A stretch of DNA of 64,000 bases from Candidatus Shapirobacteria bacterium (GCA_020059745.1 JAGVBK010000002.1:2414-66413); one strand, 5' to 3'; counted from the stretch's first letter, positions 45,650-58,195 are shown. Notes: generated by a model from the letters alone, not told the origin. Translations and numbers: made by a program.

Positions 45650-47365
45650 CTAGTCTTGTGCAACCCTTAAAACTTCTTCCATTGTTGTCACTCCCTCCAT
45701 AACTTTAAAATAGCCATCCTGCTTTAGGGTAATCATTCCTTCTTCAAACGCTGCTTTCTGAATATCGATTCCGGCTGACCTGGAAATAATCAGCCTGGCG
45801 ATTCTTTCCGTTACCGGCAAAACTTCAAAAATTCCCACCCTGCCAAAGTAGCCGGTATTGTTGCATTCAGGGCAACCCTTGCCCCGAAAAAGCTGAGGCT
45901 TTTCTCCTGGTTTTTCCATATATAAAGGACCTAAAACGTTTTTAATGTCAGCAAGAACATCCGGGGGAGGGTCATAGGCTTCGCGGCAAGAAGGGCAAAT
46001 TTTTCTGCAAATTCTTTGGGCAACAATAGCTGTTAAGGTAGAGGCAAGCAAAAAGGGCTCTGCTCCCATGTCCATCAAACGCGGCATCGCACCGGCCGCG
46101 CTTTTGGTATGAATGGTAGAAAAAACTAAATGCCCAGTCAAAGAAGCTTGTATAGCAAGGTCTGTCGTCTCTCTGTCTCTGATCTCTCCAACCATGATAA
46201 TATTGGGATCCTGCCTTAAAAAGGCTCTCAAGCCAGAGGCAAAGGTTAAACCGGCCGCAGGATTGACCTGAACCTGATTCACCCCGGCAATCTGATACTC
46301 AACCGGATCCTCAAGAGTAACTATGTTTACTTTTGTAGTGTTAATTTTAGAAAGAATGGAATAAAGAGTAGTAGTTTTCCCGCTGCCGGTCGGACCGCAG
46401 ATTAAAATAATCCCGTGCGGCCTTAAAATCGCATCCTGAAGATTTTTAAGCGCCCGGCCCCGCAAACCCAATTCCGGAAGAGTGGGCACACCGCCGCTTT
46501 TTTTAAGAAGCCTCATCACCACTTTCTCGCCGTGAACCGTAGGAAGAGTAGAAACCCTTAAATCAACCTCCTGGCCATCTGCTTTAAAATTAAACCTTCC
46601 GTCCTGAGGAATTCTTTTTTCGTCAATTTTAAGATCAGTTAAAACCTTTATTCTTGAAACTAAAGCCTCATGAACTGTTTTGGGCAAAACCAGTTTTTCG
46701 TGGAGAATGCCGTCAATGCGATAGCGAACCCTCGATTTGTCTTCTTCCGGCTCGATATGAATGTCTGAAGTCCGATACTTAATAGCAAATTCAAGAACCG
46801 TAGAAACAATTTTGGCCACCGGCTCTTTTCTTAAAACTTCAGCGTTTTGAATATCAATTACCTGGCCAGCCTGAGCTTCTTTGGAATCAGATGTTTCTTC
46901 AAGCGCAGCGCTTACTTCAGTAGAAAGATTCTGCGAATATCTCTCGCCAATGGCGGTCACAACCTCTTCTTCTAGGGCAATATAGGGTTTAATTTTTTTT
47001 CCGGATTTAAGTTCAATAAATTCAATCGCTTCCAGATCAAGAGGGTTAGCAAAAGCTACGGAAAGCTCTTTTCCGTCTCCGCTTATGGCAAAAGGGATTA
47101 ACCTGTATCTTTCTGCTACTGCCCGGGGAATAAGTTGAAGTACTTCAGGTGCAGTTCCGATATCCCGCAAGGTTGCAAAAGGAATATTAAAAAGTTCTCC
47201 TTTAGCTTTCACTATCTGTTCCTTGTTCACAAAACCCGACTCTTCCAAGAGCTGTTCTTCCGGTTTGCCGGTGCTGGCATATAAAACATTAATTTTCTCG
47301 GCTTGTTCGGGAGAAAGGCTTTTTTTCTCGGTAAGAAGTTTTGTTATACTTAGACTGTTGGGCAT
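45650..47365 (-). CDS. pilB: Type IV pilus assembly ATPase PilB (GspE/PulE)
   Basis: SDIHIEP, PQDGR, GPTGSGKTT, LRQDP, tetracysteine CPSC..CPEC. Confidence 0.96.
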   Translation of the reverse strand: MPNSLSITKLLTEKKSLSPEQAEKINVLYASTGKPEEQLLEESGFVNKEQIVKAKGELFNIPFATLRDIGTAPEVLQLIPRAVAERYRLIPFAISGDGKELSVAFANPLDLEAIEFIELKSGKKIKPYIALEEEVVTAIGERYSQNLSTEVSAALEETSDSKEAQAGQVIDIQNAEVLRKEPVAKIVSTVLEFAIKYRTSDIHIEPEEDKSRVRYRIDGILHEKLVLPKTVHEALVSRIKVLTDLKIDEKRIPQDGRFNFKADGQEVDLRVSTLPTVHGEKVVMRLLKKSGGVPTLPELGLRGRALKNLQDAILRPHGIILICGPTGSGKTTTLYSILSKINTTKVNIVTLEDPVEYQIAGVNQVQVNPAAGLTFASGLRAFLRQDPNIIMVGEIRDRETTDLAIQASLTGHLVFSTIHTKSAAGAMPRLMDMGAEPFLLASTLTAIVAQRICRKICPSCREAYDPPPDVLADIKNVLGPLYMEKPGEKPQLFRGKGCPECNNTGYFGRVGIFEVLPVTERIARLIISRSAGIDIQKAAFEEGMITLKQDGYFKVMEGVTTMEEVLRVAQD

Positions 47366-47402
47366 TAATACTAATTAAAGAGTAAAAGAACCTAAAAAGT
47401 CA

Positions 47403-48146
47403 ATGTTGGAAACTTATGATACTCCTTGTCTTTTAATCGCCGGCTCAGACAGCGAAGGAAGGCTTAAAAAAGCAGAAGAAATCACTAAAATCTTTTTTAA
47501 AGACCAGGAGAATAATCCTGATTTTTTGCTGATTTCTCCCCAATTAAGCATTGGCATAGAAGAGGTAAGGGGGCTGCAAAAATTCCTTGAGCTTAAATCT
47601 TTTAAGGCCGGTAAAAAAACGGCGGTTATTGCGGAAGCCCAGGAACTTACTCCTGAAGCCCAAAATTCTCTTCTTAAAACCCTGGAAGAACCACCGCCCA
47701 ACTGCCAAATTATTCTTTGCGTTTCCGAGCTTTCTTTAGTCCTGCCGACAATTATTTCCCGCTGCAGAATCATTGAACTTTCTTTAAAACCCAAAGCAAA
47801 GCTGTCAAAAAAGGAAATGGAAACCGGTTTAGATGACTTTGAAAAATTGCTTTCCTCAAACCTTGGCGAAAATTTTGTCAAGATTGAAAAGCAGGCATTA
47901 AAAGACAGAAAGGAAGCAATAAACTACCTTAACCGTTTAAGCCTTGTTGCCAGAGAAGTTTTGCTTTCAAGGTACAAAAATATAGAAAAAGGAAGTCTAA
48001 AAATAAAGCTTCCAGATTGCTCAAATAACGACTTGATTATGGTATTATCATTAATTGCTGACGCTGTTAAAAAGCTTGAAGCAAACTGTAATATCCGCCT
48101 GGTTTTGGACAATTTTATGATTGATATAAATGCTAAAATTTGCTAA
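47403..48146 (+). CDS. holB: DNA polymerase III delta-prime-like subunit
   Basis: PDF, IGIEEVR, EAQNSLLKTLEEPP, LPTIISRC. Confidence 0.85.
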   Translation: MLETYDTPCLLIAGSDSEGRLKKAEEITKIFFKDQENNPDFLLISPQLSIGIEEVRGLQKFLELKSFKAGKKTAVIAEAQELTPEAQNSLLKTLEEPPPNCQIILCVSELSLVLPTIISRCRIIELSLKPKAKLSKKEMETGLDDFEKLLSSNLGENFVKIEKQALKDRKEAINYLNRLSLVAREVLLSRYKNIEKGSLKIKLPDCSNNDLIMVLSLIADAVKKLEANCNIRLVLDNFMIDINAKIC

Positions 48147-48170
48147 AATAGACTTACTTTTTGAATATAA

Positions 48171-50180
<2,010 letters not shown>

Positions 50181-50182
50181 TT

Positions 50183-52822
50183 ATGGAAGTAGTTAAAAAC
50201 GATATTGGCAAAATCAAGTCCGTAAAAATTACGGAAGAAATGGAAAGGTCATACCTGGACTATGCCATGAGCGTTATTGTCCAAAGAGCCCTTCCCGATG
50301 TTCGCGACGGCTTAAAGCCTGTTCACCGCCGGATTCTTTACGCCATGCACCAAATGGGGCTGGGCCATACCTCAAAGTTTTCCAAATCGGCAAAAGTAGT
50401 TGGTGAAGTACTGGGAAAATACCACCCGCATGGAGATTCTCCGGTTTACCAGGCGCTGGTTCGCTTGGCCCAAAACTTTAACATGCGCTACCCCTTGATT
50501 ACTGGACAAGGCAACTTTGGTTCTGTTGACGGTGACCCGGCAGCAGCCATGAGGTACACGGAAGTAAAAATGGCTCCGATTTCCCAGGAAATGCTGGCTG
50601 ACATTGAAAAAGACACTATTGACTATATTGACAACTTTGACCAAACTCTTAAAGACCCTGTTTACCTTCCGGCCAAAATTCCCAACCTGCTTTTAATGGG
50701 TGCAGAAGGAATTGCCGTCGGAATGGCTACTAAAATCCCGCCCCATAACCTTACTGAAGTCATTGATGCAACTAATTTCTTAATCGAAAAAGGATCAATG
50801 ACCGAGTCGCACGAGAGCAGGGGAGAGGCACAAATTGAATTCAAAAAAATCAGCTTTGACGGCGAGGAAGAAAAAGAAAGCGGGCAAACCCAGGAAAAAG
50901 CTAGATTAAGATTTGGAAGCCAAGCCAGCATCGAAGAAATCATGCAGTTTGTCAAGGGCCCGGATTTCCCAACTGCCGGCCAGATTTTTGACCAGGAAGG
51001 GATAAAAGAAGCTTACTCAACCGGCAAAGGCAGAATCGTTATCAGGGGTAAGGCGGAAATTGAGGAAAGCAAGGGAGGAAAATTCCAGATAATTATTTCT
51101 GAGCTTCCTTATCAAGTAAACAAGGCCCAGCTAATCGCCAAAATTGCAGATTTAGCCAAAGACAAAAAAATTGACGGCATTGCCGACTTAAGAGATGAGT
51201 CGGACCGGCACGGAATTAGGGTGGTGATTGAACTTAAAAGAGATGCCAGGCCAAAGTCCGTCTTAAACAATTTGTTTAAAAAAACGGAGCTGCAAACCAC
51301 TTTCCCGGTCAATACCGTGGCTTTGGTTGACGGCACGCCAATGACCCTCAACATCAAACAAATTCTTGAAGAGTTTATTGACCACCGGCACTTAGTCATC
51401 ACCAAAAGAAGCGAGTTTGAGCTTAACGAAGCTAAAGCAAGAGCCCACATTCTTGAAGGCCTGCTCATTGCCCTTGATAATCTGGACGCTGTTATTGAAA
51501 CCATCAGAAAGTCAAAAGACGCAGATGAAGCTAAAGCAAATTTAATAAGTAAATTTAAACTTACAGAACTTCAGGCCACAGCCATTCTTGATATGCAGTT
51601 AAGAAGGTTGGCAGCCCTGGAAAGGCAAAAAATTGAAGACGAGTACAAAAAAGTAAAAGAAACTATTGACTATTTAACTGATCTTTTGGCTCATCCGCAA
51701 AAAATACTTGAAGTTATTAAAACTGAACTTGAAGAAATTAAATCCAAATACGGAGATGAAAGAAGAACCAAAATTTATAAAAAGAAGGCGGAAGAGTTTT
51801 CCGAAGAAGACCTTATCCCCAACGAAGAGACAATTATCATTGTCACTTCTACAGGATACATAAAAAGAGTGCCAAGAGGAACCTATAAAACGCAAAAAAG
51901 AGGAGGGAAGGGCGTTGTGGGAATGAAAACAAAAGAAGAGGACGAAATTTCCCATCTTCTGACCGCAGAAACTCATGACTTTATTCTTTTCTTTACCAAT
52001 AAAGGCCGTGTTTTCAGGCTCAGAGTTTGGGAACTTCCCGAAGGTTCGAGACAAGCCAAGGGCCAGGCAATTATTAACCTTATCAATATTGAACAAGGCG
52101 AAAAAATCGAGTCAATTTTAACCACAAAAAACCAAAATAACAATAATGAAGAGTTCCTTTTCATGGTTACTAAAAAGGGCATTGTCAAAAAAACAGAAGT
52201 CTCAAAATTTGAAAATGTCCGCTCTTCAGGAATAATTGCTATCAAGCTGGCAGGCGGAGATGAACTTTGCTGGACAAAAATAACCTCCGGAGACAACCAT
52301 ATTCTTCTTATTTCCCACGAAGGAAAGGCAATTAGGTTTAATGAAAAGGATGTCAGGCCAACAGCCAGAGATACTATGGGCGTAATCGGTATTAACCTTT
52401 CAAAAGAAGATTATGTGGTGGGCATGGAAGCCCTGCCTGCTAAAACAGAAAGCCCGCAGGATAAAAGAAAGAAAGTATTTAAAGACATATTGGTGGTCAT
52501 GGAAAGAGGCTTAGGTAAAAGAACCGGCTTTTCAGAATTCCCCTTGCAGAAAAGGGGAGGCATGGGAGTTAAGGTTGCCGAAATAACCCCAAAAACAGGA
52601 AAAGTGGTTTGCTCCCAGTTTGTGGACGAAAATGTTGAACAGGTCATTCTAACCTCAAAACAAGCCCAAATTATTAAGCTCCCTGTTAAAAACATTCCCC
52701 GCTTGGGCCGGGCTACTCAGGGGGTAATTTTAATGCGCTGCGGCCACGACGGAGATTCTGTCTGCGCTGTTTCCTGTCTGAAAAAGGAAGACGAAGAGAT
52801 AGAAGAAACCAAAACTTCTTGA
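50183..52822 (+). CDS. gyrA: DNA gyrase subunit A
   Basis: [29 protein letters not shown], GyrA-box QKRGGKG. Confidence 0.97.
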   Translation: MEVVKNDIGKIKSVKITEEMERSYLDYAMSVIVQRALPDVRDGLKPVHRRILYAMHQMGLGHTSKFSKSAKVVGEVLGKYHPHGDSPVYQALVRLAQNFNMRYPLITGQGNFGSVDGDPAAAMRYTEVKMAPISQEMLADIEKDTIDYIDNFDQTLKDPVYLPAKIPNLLLMGAEGIAVGMATKIPPHNLTEVIDATNFLIEKGSMTESHESRGEAQIEFKKISFDGEEEKESGQTQEKARLRFGSQASIEEIMQFVKGPDFPTAGQIFDQEGIKEAYSTGKGRIVIRGKAEIEESKGGKFQIIISELPYQVNKAQLIAKIADLAKDKKIDGIADLRDESDRHGIRVVIELKRDARPKSVLNNLFKKTELQTTFPVNTVALVDGTPMTLNIKQILEEFIDHRHLVITKRSEFELNEAKARAHILEGLLIALDNLDAVIETIRKSKDADEAKANLISKFKLTELQATAILDMQLRRLAALERQKIEDEYKKVKETIDYLTDLLAHPQKILEVIKTELEEIKSKYGDERRTKIYKKKAEEFSEEDLIPNEETIIIVTSTGYIKRVPRGTYKTQKRGGKGVVGMKTKEEDEISHLLTAETHDFILFFTNKGRVFRLRVWELPEGSRQAKGQAIINLINIEQGEKIESILTTKNQNNNNEEFLFMVTKKGIVKKTEVSKFENVRSSGIIAIKLAGGDELCWTKITSGDNHILLISHEGKAIRFNEKDVRPTARDTMGVIGINLSKEDYVVGMEALPAKTESPQDKRKKVFKDILVVMERGLGKRTGFSEFPLQKRGGMGVKVAEITPKTGKVVCSQFVDENVEQVILTSKQAQIIKLPVKNIPRLGRATQGVILMRCGHDGDSVCAVSCLKKEDEEIEETKTS

Positions 52823-52856
52823 TAAATTAGGCAATTTTAATACAATTCATTAACCT

Positions 52857-53378
52857 GTGAATAAAAAAGAAGAAAAACAAGCCCCAAAACCTAAAGAAAA
52901 AGTTTCCTCAGAAGAAAAAAAGGATGGTCCGCAAGTCAGCAAACTTTGCCGATCTGAAAAAGATAAGGTCATTGGCGGAGTTGCCGGTGGTTTAGGAGAG
53001 TTTTTTAACATTGACCCTATTATTTTTAGAATTCTTTTCGTGCTTTTTGCCCTAAACGGCTTTGGTTTCATTTTTTACTTTGCTCTTTGGATAATTATTC
53101 CCTCAGAAAAAAGAGTAGGAAAAAATACTGACGAAAACATTAGATACAATATTGAAGAAATTAAAGACCGGGCCAACAACCTTGCAGCAGATATTCGTGA
53201 AGGAAGGGAAAAAGAAAGGTCCAGAAATTGGATCGGAATTGTCCTTATCTTACTTGGTTTTTTCTTTCTTTTAGAAAACTTCGGTCTTTTCAGAATTGTT
53301 AACCTTGCCAGGTTTTGGCCCCTTTTTATCATCGTCCTTGGTTTTGCCATACTTTTAAAAGATGGAAAAAGAAACTGA
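52857..53378 (+). CDS. PspC-domain membrane protein
   Basis: LCRSEKDKVIGGVAGGLGEFFNIDP..RILF; C-terminal FWP TM hairpin. Confidence 0.88.
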   Translation: MNKKEEKQAPKPKEKVSSEEKKDGPQVSKLCRSEKDKVIGGVAGGLGEFFNIDPIIFRILFVLFALNGFGFIFYFALWIIIPSEKRVGKNTDENIRYNIEEIKDRANNLAADIREGREKERSRNWIGIVLILLGFFFLLENFGLFRIVNLARFWPLFIIVLGFAILLKDGKRN

Positions 53379-53619
53379 AAGAAAAGGAAACGGAGTTACT
53401 TGGGCAGTTTTCCTTATCTTTGCTGGAGTTATCCTTCTTTTAAATAATCTTGGTCTGGTTTCCTGGTCCGTTTGGGCTTCTTTGTGGAAATTTTGGCCGC
53501 TTATCCTTGTTTTAGGGGGCTTGGAAATAATCTTTGGCGGCAGTCTTATCGGAAACTTTTTTGTGACAATCTTAGGCTTGGCAGCAGCTTTTTTACTTAT
53601 CTTTCTTAATTTTTTTTAA
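53362..53619 (+). CDS. LiaF/LiaI-like (DUF5668-type) membrane protein
   Basis: GVILLLNNLG..LWKFWPLILVLGGL. Confidence 0.75.
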   Translation: MEKETERKGNGVTWAVFLIFAGVILLLNNLGLVSWSVWASLWKFWPLILVLGGLEIIFGGSLIGNFFVTILGLAAAFLLIFLNFF

Positions 53620-53621
53620 CC

Positions 53622-54020
53622 TTACTTCCTCTTAAGCTCGCCTTTAGTTGATTCCCATAAATCTTTAGCGTCTCCCTCAATTGCCCGGCCAAAAGCCAAA
53701 CCTATGGCAATGGCAAAAGTTAAAGTTAACCCGCCGGCAATCGCAGCCAAAATTGCTTCTCCAATACCAAAGTAGTCAAGAATAATAAGAATCAGAAGAA
53801 TCCTTCCGGCAATGGAAACTATTTTGGCTAAAATCCCTAAAACCCGGTTGTCGAGGTTAGTACCCTTAAGGTCAATTCTTCTTATCAAGCTCGTGGCCAA
53901 ATTTATAAGGGCAACACCAATAATCCAAATTACCACAGCTACAATAATCATTGGTATCAATCTTATGGCATCAACTACCAAACGGCCCAGAGAATCAGCA
54001 ACGGCATTAATAAAGTTCAT
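53622..54020 (-). CDS. Small membrane protein (TM-helix/mechanosensitive-channel-like)
   Basis: Hydrophobic helices, AIAIGLAFG; SD GGGAGGTGA before ATG 54020. Confidence 0.7.
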   Translation of the reverse strand: MNFINAVADSLGRLVVDAIRLIPMIIVAVVIWIIGVALINLATSLIRRIDLKGTNLDNRVLGILAKIVSIAGRILLILIILDYFGIGEAILAAIAGGLTLTFAIAIGLAFGRAIEGDAKDLWESTKGELKRK

Positions 54021-54125
54021 AATTTTCACCTCCCGTCAAACACACATTCCCATAGATTTTTGCTTTCTGTCAAGCAAAAGAGAGTCTTGTTTCATTAAAG
54101 AAACAGATTTATTAACATCTATATA

Positions 54126-55079
54126 TTATTTTTTAGGTTTTGAAAGGGGATGGAATTTACGGTGAGTCTCTTCGGCGAATCGGTCAGAAGCGTGAACATA
54201 GCGGGTTGTAGTGTCAAGAGACTCATGGCCAAGAAGAATTTGAATCGCTGCCGGACTGGCACCCGACTCTGCCAAGTAAGTGGCAAAGCCATGCCTTAAA
54301 GAATGAGCAGAAGTGGGAACATTAATTTTTAACTTTTGCCGATACTCTTTTATTTTTGCTTGAATGTAGTTTGTAGAAAGCCTTTTTTTTGATTTAGATA
54401 CATTAAGACCGCTGTAAGGAATAAAAAGGGCGTCAAAGGCATCCTGGCGGGTCGCGAGATAGCGTTCTATGATATTTTGGGCCCGAGGGGTTAAATAAAC
54501 AAATCTTTCCTTTTTCCCCTTTCCCAAAACAAAAATTCTGCCGCTGCCGTCAATGTTTGACCGGTTAAGACGGCAAAGTTCGGATATTCTCATTCCGGTT
54601 GAAAAAAGCACTTCCATAATCGCTTGATTTCTTAAGGCCACTAAAGGGTCGTTTTCAAGATAAGCCGGTGATTCAATTAATTTAATAATTTCTTCAAATT
54701 CTGCAACCTGGGGATGACGTTTCTCTGTTTTGACCATCTTTACTGCCTCAGGAGGAATCGGACAAGGCAAGTCCATTTCAATAAGATACTTCAGATAGCT
54801 TCTTAAAGCAGAAAGCATCCTGTTTAGGCTTCTTGAAGATAATGTATCTTGAGATTCTTCTTCTTTTATGGCTGTTTTTCGGTCTTTTGAGGCTAAATAA
54901 GCCTTAAATTGAGCGACTACTCTTTTGTCAACCTTGTCAAGGGGAGTAGAGGAGTCCTCTAAAAATCGGGAAAATACGCTCAAATCACGCTCGTAATTAT
55001 AAATAGTTTCTAAAGAATAATTATTTGTTTTTAAATGAAGAAGGAAATCATCAAAATAAGGCAACATCTTTTTTATCAT
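54126..55079 (-). CDS. XerC/XerD-family tyrosine recombinase
   Basis: TIYNYERDL, LFSTGMRISEL, GKGKKER, HSLRHGFAT, LLGH..TTTRY. Confidence 0.95.
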   Translation of the reverse strand: MIKKMLPYFDDFLLHLKTNNYSLETIYNYERDLSVFSRFLEDSSTPLDKVDKRVVAQFKAYLASKDRKTAIKEEESQDTLSSRSLNRMLSALRSYLKYLIEMDLPCPIPPEAVKMVKTEKRHPQVAEFEEIIKLIESPAYLENDPLVALRNQAIMEVLFSTGMRISELCRLNRSNIDGSGRIFVLGKGKKERFVYLTPRAQNIIERYLATRQDAFDALFIPYSGLNVSKSKKRLSTNYIQAKIKEYRQKLKINVPTSAHSLRHGFATYLAESGASPAAIQILLGHESLDTTTRYVHASDRFAEETHRKFHPLSKPKK

Positions 55080-55147
55080 ACCAGAGAGCTAGGGGAGAAT
55101 AAATAAAATAAGTTTGTCATAACAAGGGTCCTGCCCCATGAGTCTAG

Positions 55148-55177
55148 GACTGAGTGTAAGAGATATTATACTCAGTC
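55148..55177. other. dif-like recombination site (11-6-11 inverted repeat)
   Basis: ACTGAGTGTAA-GAGATA-TTATACTCAGT, about 70 bp upstream of the Xer-like gene. Confidence 0.6.
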
Positions 55178-55183
55178 GATAAC

Positions 55184-55212
55184 ATCATATTGGAAAATCT
55201 TCTTTTTGTCAA
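55184..55212 (-). promoter_or_regulatory. sigma70 promoter of the Xer-like gene
   Basis: TTGACA-17 nt-TATGAT on the minus strand. Confidence 0.7.
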
Positions 55213-55386
55213 CAACCCCCTAGAAAGCCCTAGAAAGGCCGAAAGAGGATAAAGACGGCATTTAATCATTTCCTTCTCCATAATTTGTGCCTCCTTTTTT
55301 TGTTTTTCTTTACAAAAAGCAAGGCTTTTTAAGATCCACCCCCGGGATCTCTAAAGAATCTCTCCTTATGGAAGTTTTGTAAGAAA

Positions 55387-55679
55387 TTTTTTACAGTTAT
55401 CCACAATCGGGAATAAATAACTAGTATCAAACTATATCATTTGTGCGTGATTGGGCTATATGAAGACCAAAACTAGAGAAAACACTTTTTAGCACTTTAA
55501 TAAACTTTTTGCCAGACCGTGAAAAGAACTTATAATATTGTGAAAAGAATGTCCTATAACTATTATAGGCTTTACTATTATAGGATAATTTACCTTTTTA
55601 CCCCTACCCCTCTCCTCTACCCAAAGTTCCGTCAATCTTTTTTAAAAAATTAAAATTTTAAATTAAAAATTGTGGTTAA
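55387..55679. promoter_or_regulatory. DnaA-box cluster in a long AT-rich intergenic region
   Basis: Perfect TTATCCACA at 55397-55405; 1-mismatch boxes at 55387, 55539, 55671. Confidence 0.4.
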
Positions 55680-56449
55680 CCCCAGGAAGTGTATGAAAGA
55701 AGAATCAAAAGAACTACCAGACCTACGGTAAGGTACTCCTGCACTGTTTTCTTAAAAAGCCTGTCGCTTAGCTTGGCCTGTACAATCCCTAAAGATACAT
55801 AAACAAGCGAGGTCAGAAAAAGCGAGCCGAGAGTAATTGCTGTTGGCCAAAAAGACATAATTAAAGCTATTTCCCCCATTCCTAAAGCAGGAATTAGAGT
55901 ATAAAGTAAAAGTTTCCTGCCAATTTTTTCATCTAAATTTACTGACCAGTTACCGTGGAGAAAAAGTAGAAAGGATGAGATAAAAACCAAAGCTGCATTT
56001 TCATAAAAAGTAAGCCTGAAGGAAAAAATTGTGTCGTAAAGAAGAAACGAGGTAATTAGCGTCAAGAGAAATCCGGCCGCAGACGCAGACCGGAAAAGCT
56101 GAATTGTCCTTATTGAAGCCACGGAAAAGATATTCTCACTGAGAAAAAGCGCATACATTCCCAAAAAGTAAAAGATAATTATCGGAATAGCGGCAATCAG
56201 CGAGCCTGGAAGTAAAAAGTAAAAAAGGCCAATTCCGGCAGTAAATAGAACCGGCAAAATCCAGGACATAAGCCAAACAGGACCTTTTAAGGCTTCCTTA
56301 AGCGACCAAAACGTTAAAGGAATCGGCAGTAAAGAAAGAATGACAATAGCCAAATAGCGATTTTCAATACTTCCAAATTGGATAAAAGAAAGACCTGCGG
56401 TTAGAAGCAGTGAACTAAAGATAAACTTTCTTCTTTTTGTTAAAAACAT
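55676..56449 (-). CDS. Conserved multi-pass membrane protein
   Basis: About 8 hydrophobic helices; ENIFSVASIRTIQL.R. Confidence 0.75.
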   Translation of the reverse strand: MFLTKRRKFIFSSLLLTAGLSFIQFGSIENRYLAIVILSLLPIPLTFWSLKEALKGPVWLMSWILPVLFTAGIGLFYFLLPGSLIAAIPIIIFYFLGMYALFLSENIFSVASIRTIQLFRSASAAGFLLTLITSFLLYDTIFSFRLTFYENAALVFISSFLLFLHGNWSVNLDEKIGRKLLLYTLIPALGMGEIALIMSFWPTAITLGSLFLTSLVYVSLGIVQAKLSDRLFKKTVQEYLTVGLVVLLILLSYTSWG

Positions 56450-56458
56450 TTTAAAAGG

Positions 56459-57211
56459 CTACTGCAGTTTTGACAGCATTTCTTCGGGAAAATCAAAGTT
56501 AGCATAAACCTTCTGAACATCATCCAGAGATTCAAGCTTTTCAATCAACCCCATCACCTGCTGTGCGGTTTTGGTATCATTTATTGGCATCATGTTTACC
56601 GGCTTCATTACAAGCTCCACACTCTTTGGCTCAATCCCCTCTGCTGTTAACTTGTCTTTAAAAACCATCAGGTTGTCAGGGTGAACATATATTTCCAAAA
56701 GCTCGCCAGCTTCTTCAACATCCTCAGCCCCTATGTCAATTAACCTAAGGATTAATTCGTCTTTACCCTCTTTTGCCTCAACGGTAATCAGGCCCTTTTT
56801 TTCAAAGTTAAATGCTACTGAACCCGGAGAAGCGACGCTGCCACCTGCTTTGTCGAAGATATTTTTTACTTCTTGAACCGTTCTTTGCTTGTTGTCTGTA
56901 GCGGTTTCCACAAGAATACCCACCCCGCCTGGACCATAACCTTCATAGGTAACCTCAGTAAAGCCGTCACCTTCGCCTTTTCCGGCTGCCCGGTCTATGG
57001 CTCTTTGCACATTGTCCTTGGGCATGTTAGCCGCCCTTGCTTTTTCCAAAACCAAACGGAGCTTAAAATTATGGTTAGGATCAGTAATACCGCCAGACTC
57101 TCGAACAGCAATTATAATTGCATTTGAAATCTTGGTAAAGACCTGGCCTCTTTTCTGATCACTTACCTCTTTTTGTCTGTGAATAGTCGCCCATTTCGAA
57201 TGACCTGACAT
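56459..57211 (-). CDS. yebC: YebC/PmpR family protein
   Basis: MSGHSKWATI, YEGYGPGG, TDNKQRT, LDDVQKVYAN. Confidence 0.96.
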   Translation of the reverse strand: MSGHSKWATIHRQKEVSDQKRGQVFTKISNAIIIAVRESGGITDPNHNFKLRLVLEKARAANMPKDNVQRAIDRAAGKGEGDGFTEVTYEGYGPGGVGILVETATDNKQRTVQEVKNIFDKAGGSVASPGSVAFNFEKKGLITVEAKEGKDELILRLIDIGAEDVEEAGELLEIYVHPDNLMVFKDKLTAEGIEPKSVELVMKPVNMMPINDTKTAQQVMGLIEKLESLDDVQKVYANFDFPEEMLSKLQ

Positions 57212-57289
57212 CTTAACTGCTTTCTGGCTACTTTCTACTGTCTACAGTAATAAAAAACAGCAAACTGTAAGCTATAAGCTTTGTACATT

Positions 57290-58195
57290 TTACCATTTTT
57301 TACCCTCATTTTTCCAGTAATTCTCTCCAAAAACTATGGTAACGTCCGCCCTTGCCTCTTCGTTGCCAATTTGCTCAACCGGACAGTCGTATATGTACCT
57401 TATCCACCTTAGAGTATAACTTTCCCTTGGGTCTTTTCCGGTAATGATGCGGCATCTTTCTTGTTTTTCCGGCGCATCCGCAATCCTGACAATTCTTCCT
57501 CCTGACTTGTCAAACAACCGAGACATTCTCTGGGCTAAACCGCTTTGCTCAGTGGCATTAAGCACTTCTATTGAAAGCGACTCCTCTCTAATTTTTCTGT
57601 CTTTGAAAAAATCCCCTGCTTCACCGTTATAGTTTACTAGTTTTACCAAAGAAGAATTTATCCTTAAAGATTTGACCAGAAGTACAATAAGATCAACTTT
57701 ACTAAGGTTCGTTTTTAACTCCCCCTTTAACCCTCTAAAAAAGATTTTGAAAAAAAGTCGGCGGGAAGAATTAAGATAAAAATCGGCCTTGCTTTTCTCA
57801 TCATAGAAATAGCCAAAAATTGCTACGGGAATATTTTCCTGCAGAGTTTCTGCAAGAAGCTCCCCTCCTTTGCCTTCAAGCTCTCCCAAAGCATAAACTT
57901 TTCTAAGTTCATATTCGCCAAAACCTCTGGTTACCCTGAACTTATTATAAACAGGCAAAGTTAAAACTAATCCATTTTGCTCTTCAAAAGAAAAAACAAA
58001 AGGATTTTTTTCTTTATCAATAAAAACAAAATTCACCCTGTTTAAGGAAAGAAAGCTTGATGTCTTTAGCTTTAAGTAAACCAAAACGGAAAAAATTAGG
58101 CCAAAGAAAAGGCCAAGGAAGACAAAAAAGACAAAAAAATTTGCGGCCTTTACTTCTTTCTTTTTTGTTCTTTTTTTCTTGCTCATAAAACCCAT
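57290..58195 (-). CDS. Membrane protein with LytR C-terminal domain
   Basis: N-terminal TM; IEVLNAT..GLA..; ADVTIVFG. Confidence 0.75.
   Translation of the reverse strand: MGFMSKKKRTKKKEVKAANFFVFFVFLGLFFGLIFSVLVYLKLKTSSFLSLNRVNFVFIDKEKNPFVFSFEEQNGLVLTLPVYNKFRVTRGFGEYELRKVYALGELEGKGGELLAETLQENIPVAIFGYFYDEKSKADFYLNSSRRLFFKIFFRGLKGELKTNLSKVDLIVLLVKSLRINSSLVKLVNYNGEAGDFFKDRKIREESLSIEVLNATEQSGLAQRMSRLFDKSGGRIVRIADAPEKQERCRIITGKDPRESYTLRWIRYIYDCPVEQIGNEEARADVTIVFGENYWKNEGKKW

Noticed and set aside
44918-46135. 21-nt identity GGTAGAAAAAACTAAATGCCC between pilT and pilB
   Set aside because: Encodes the conserved GHLVFST motif; explainable by protein conservation and codon bias.
54126-55079. Prophage/ICE integrase
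   Set aside because: Xer-like size and motifs, housekeeping neighbours, and no phage or conjugation genes or att duplication seen.
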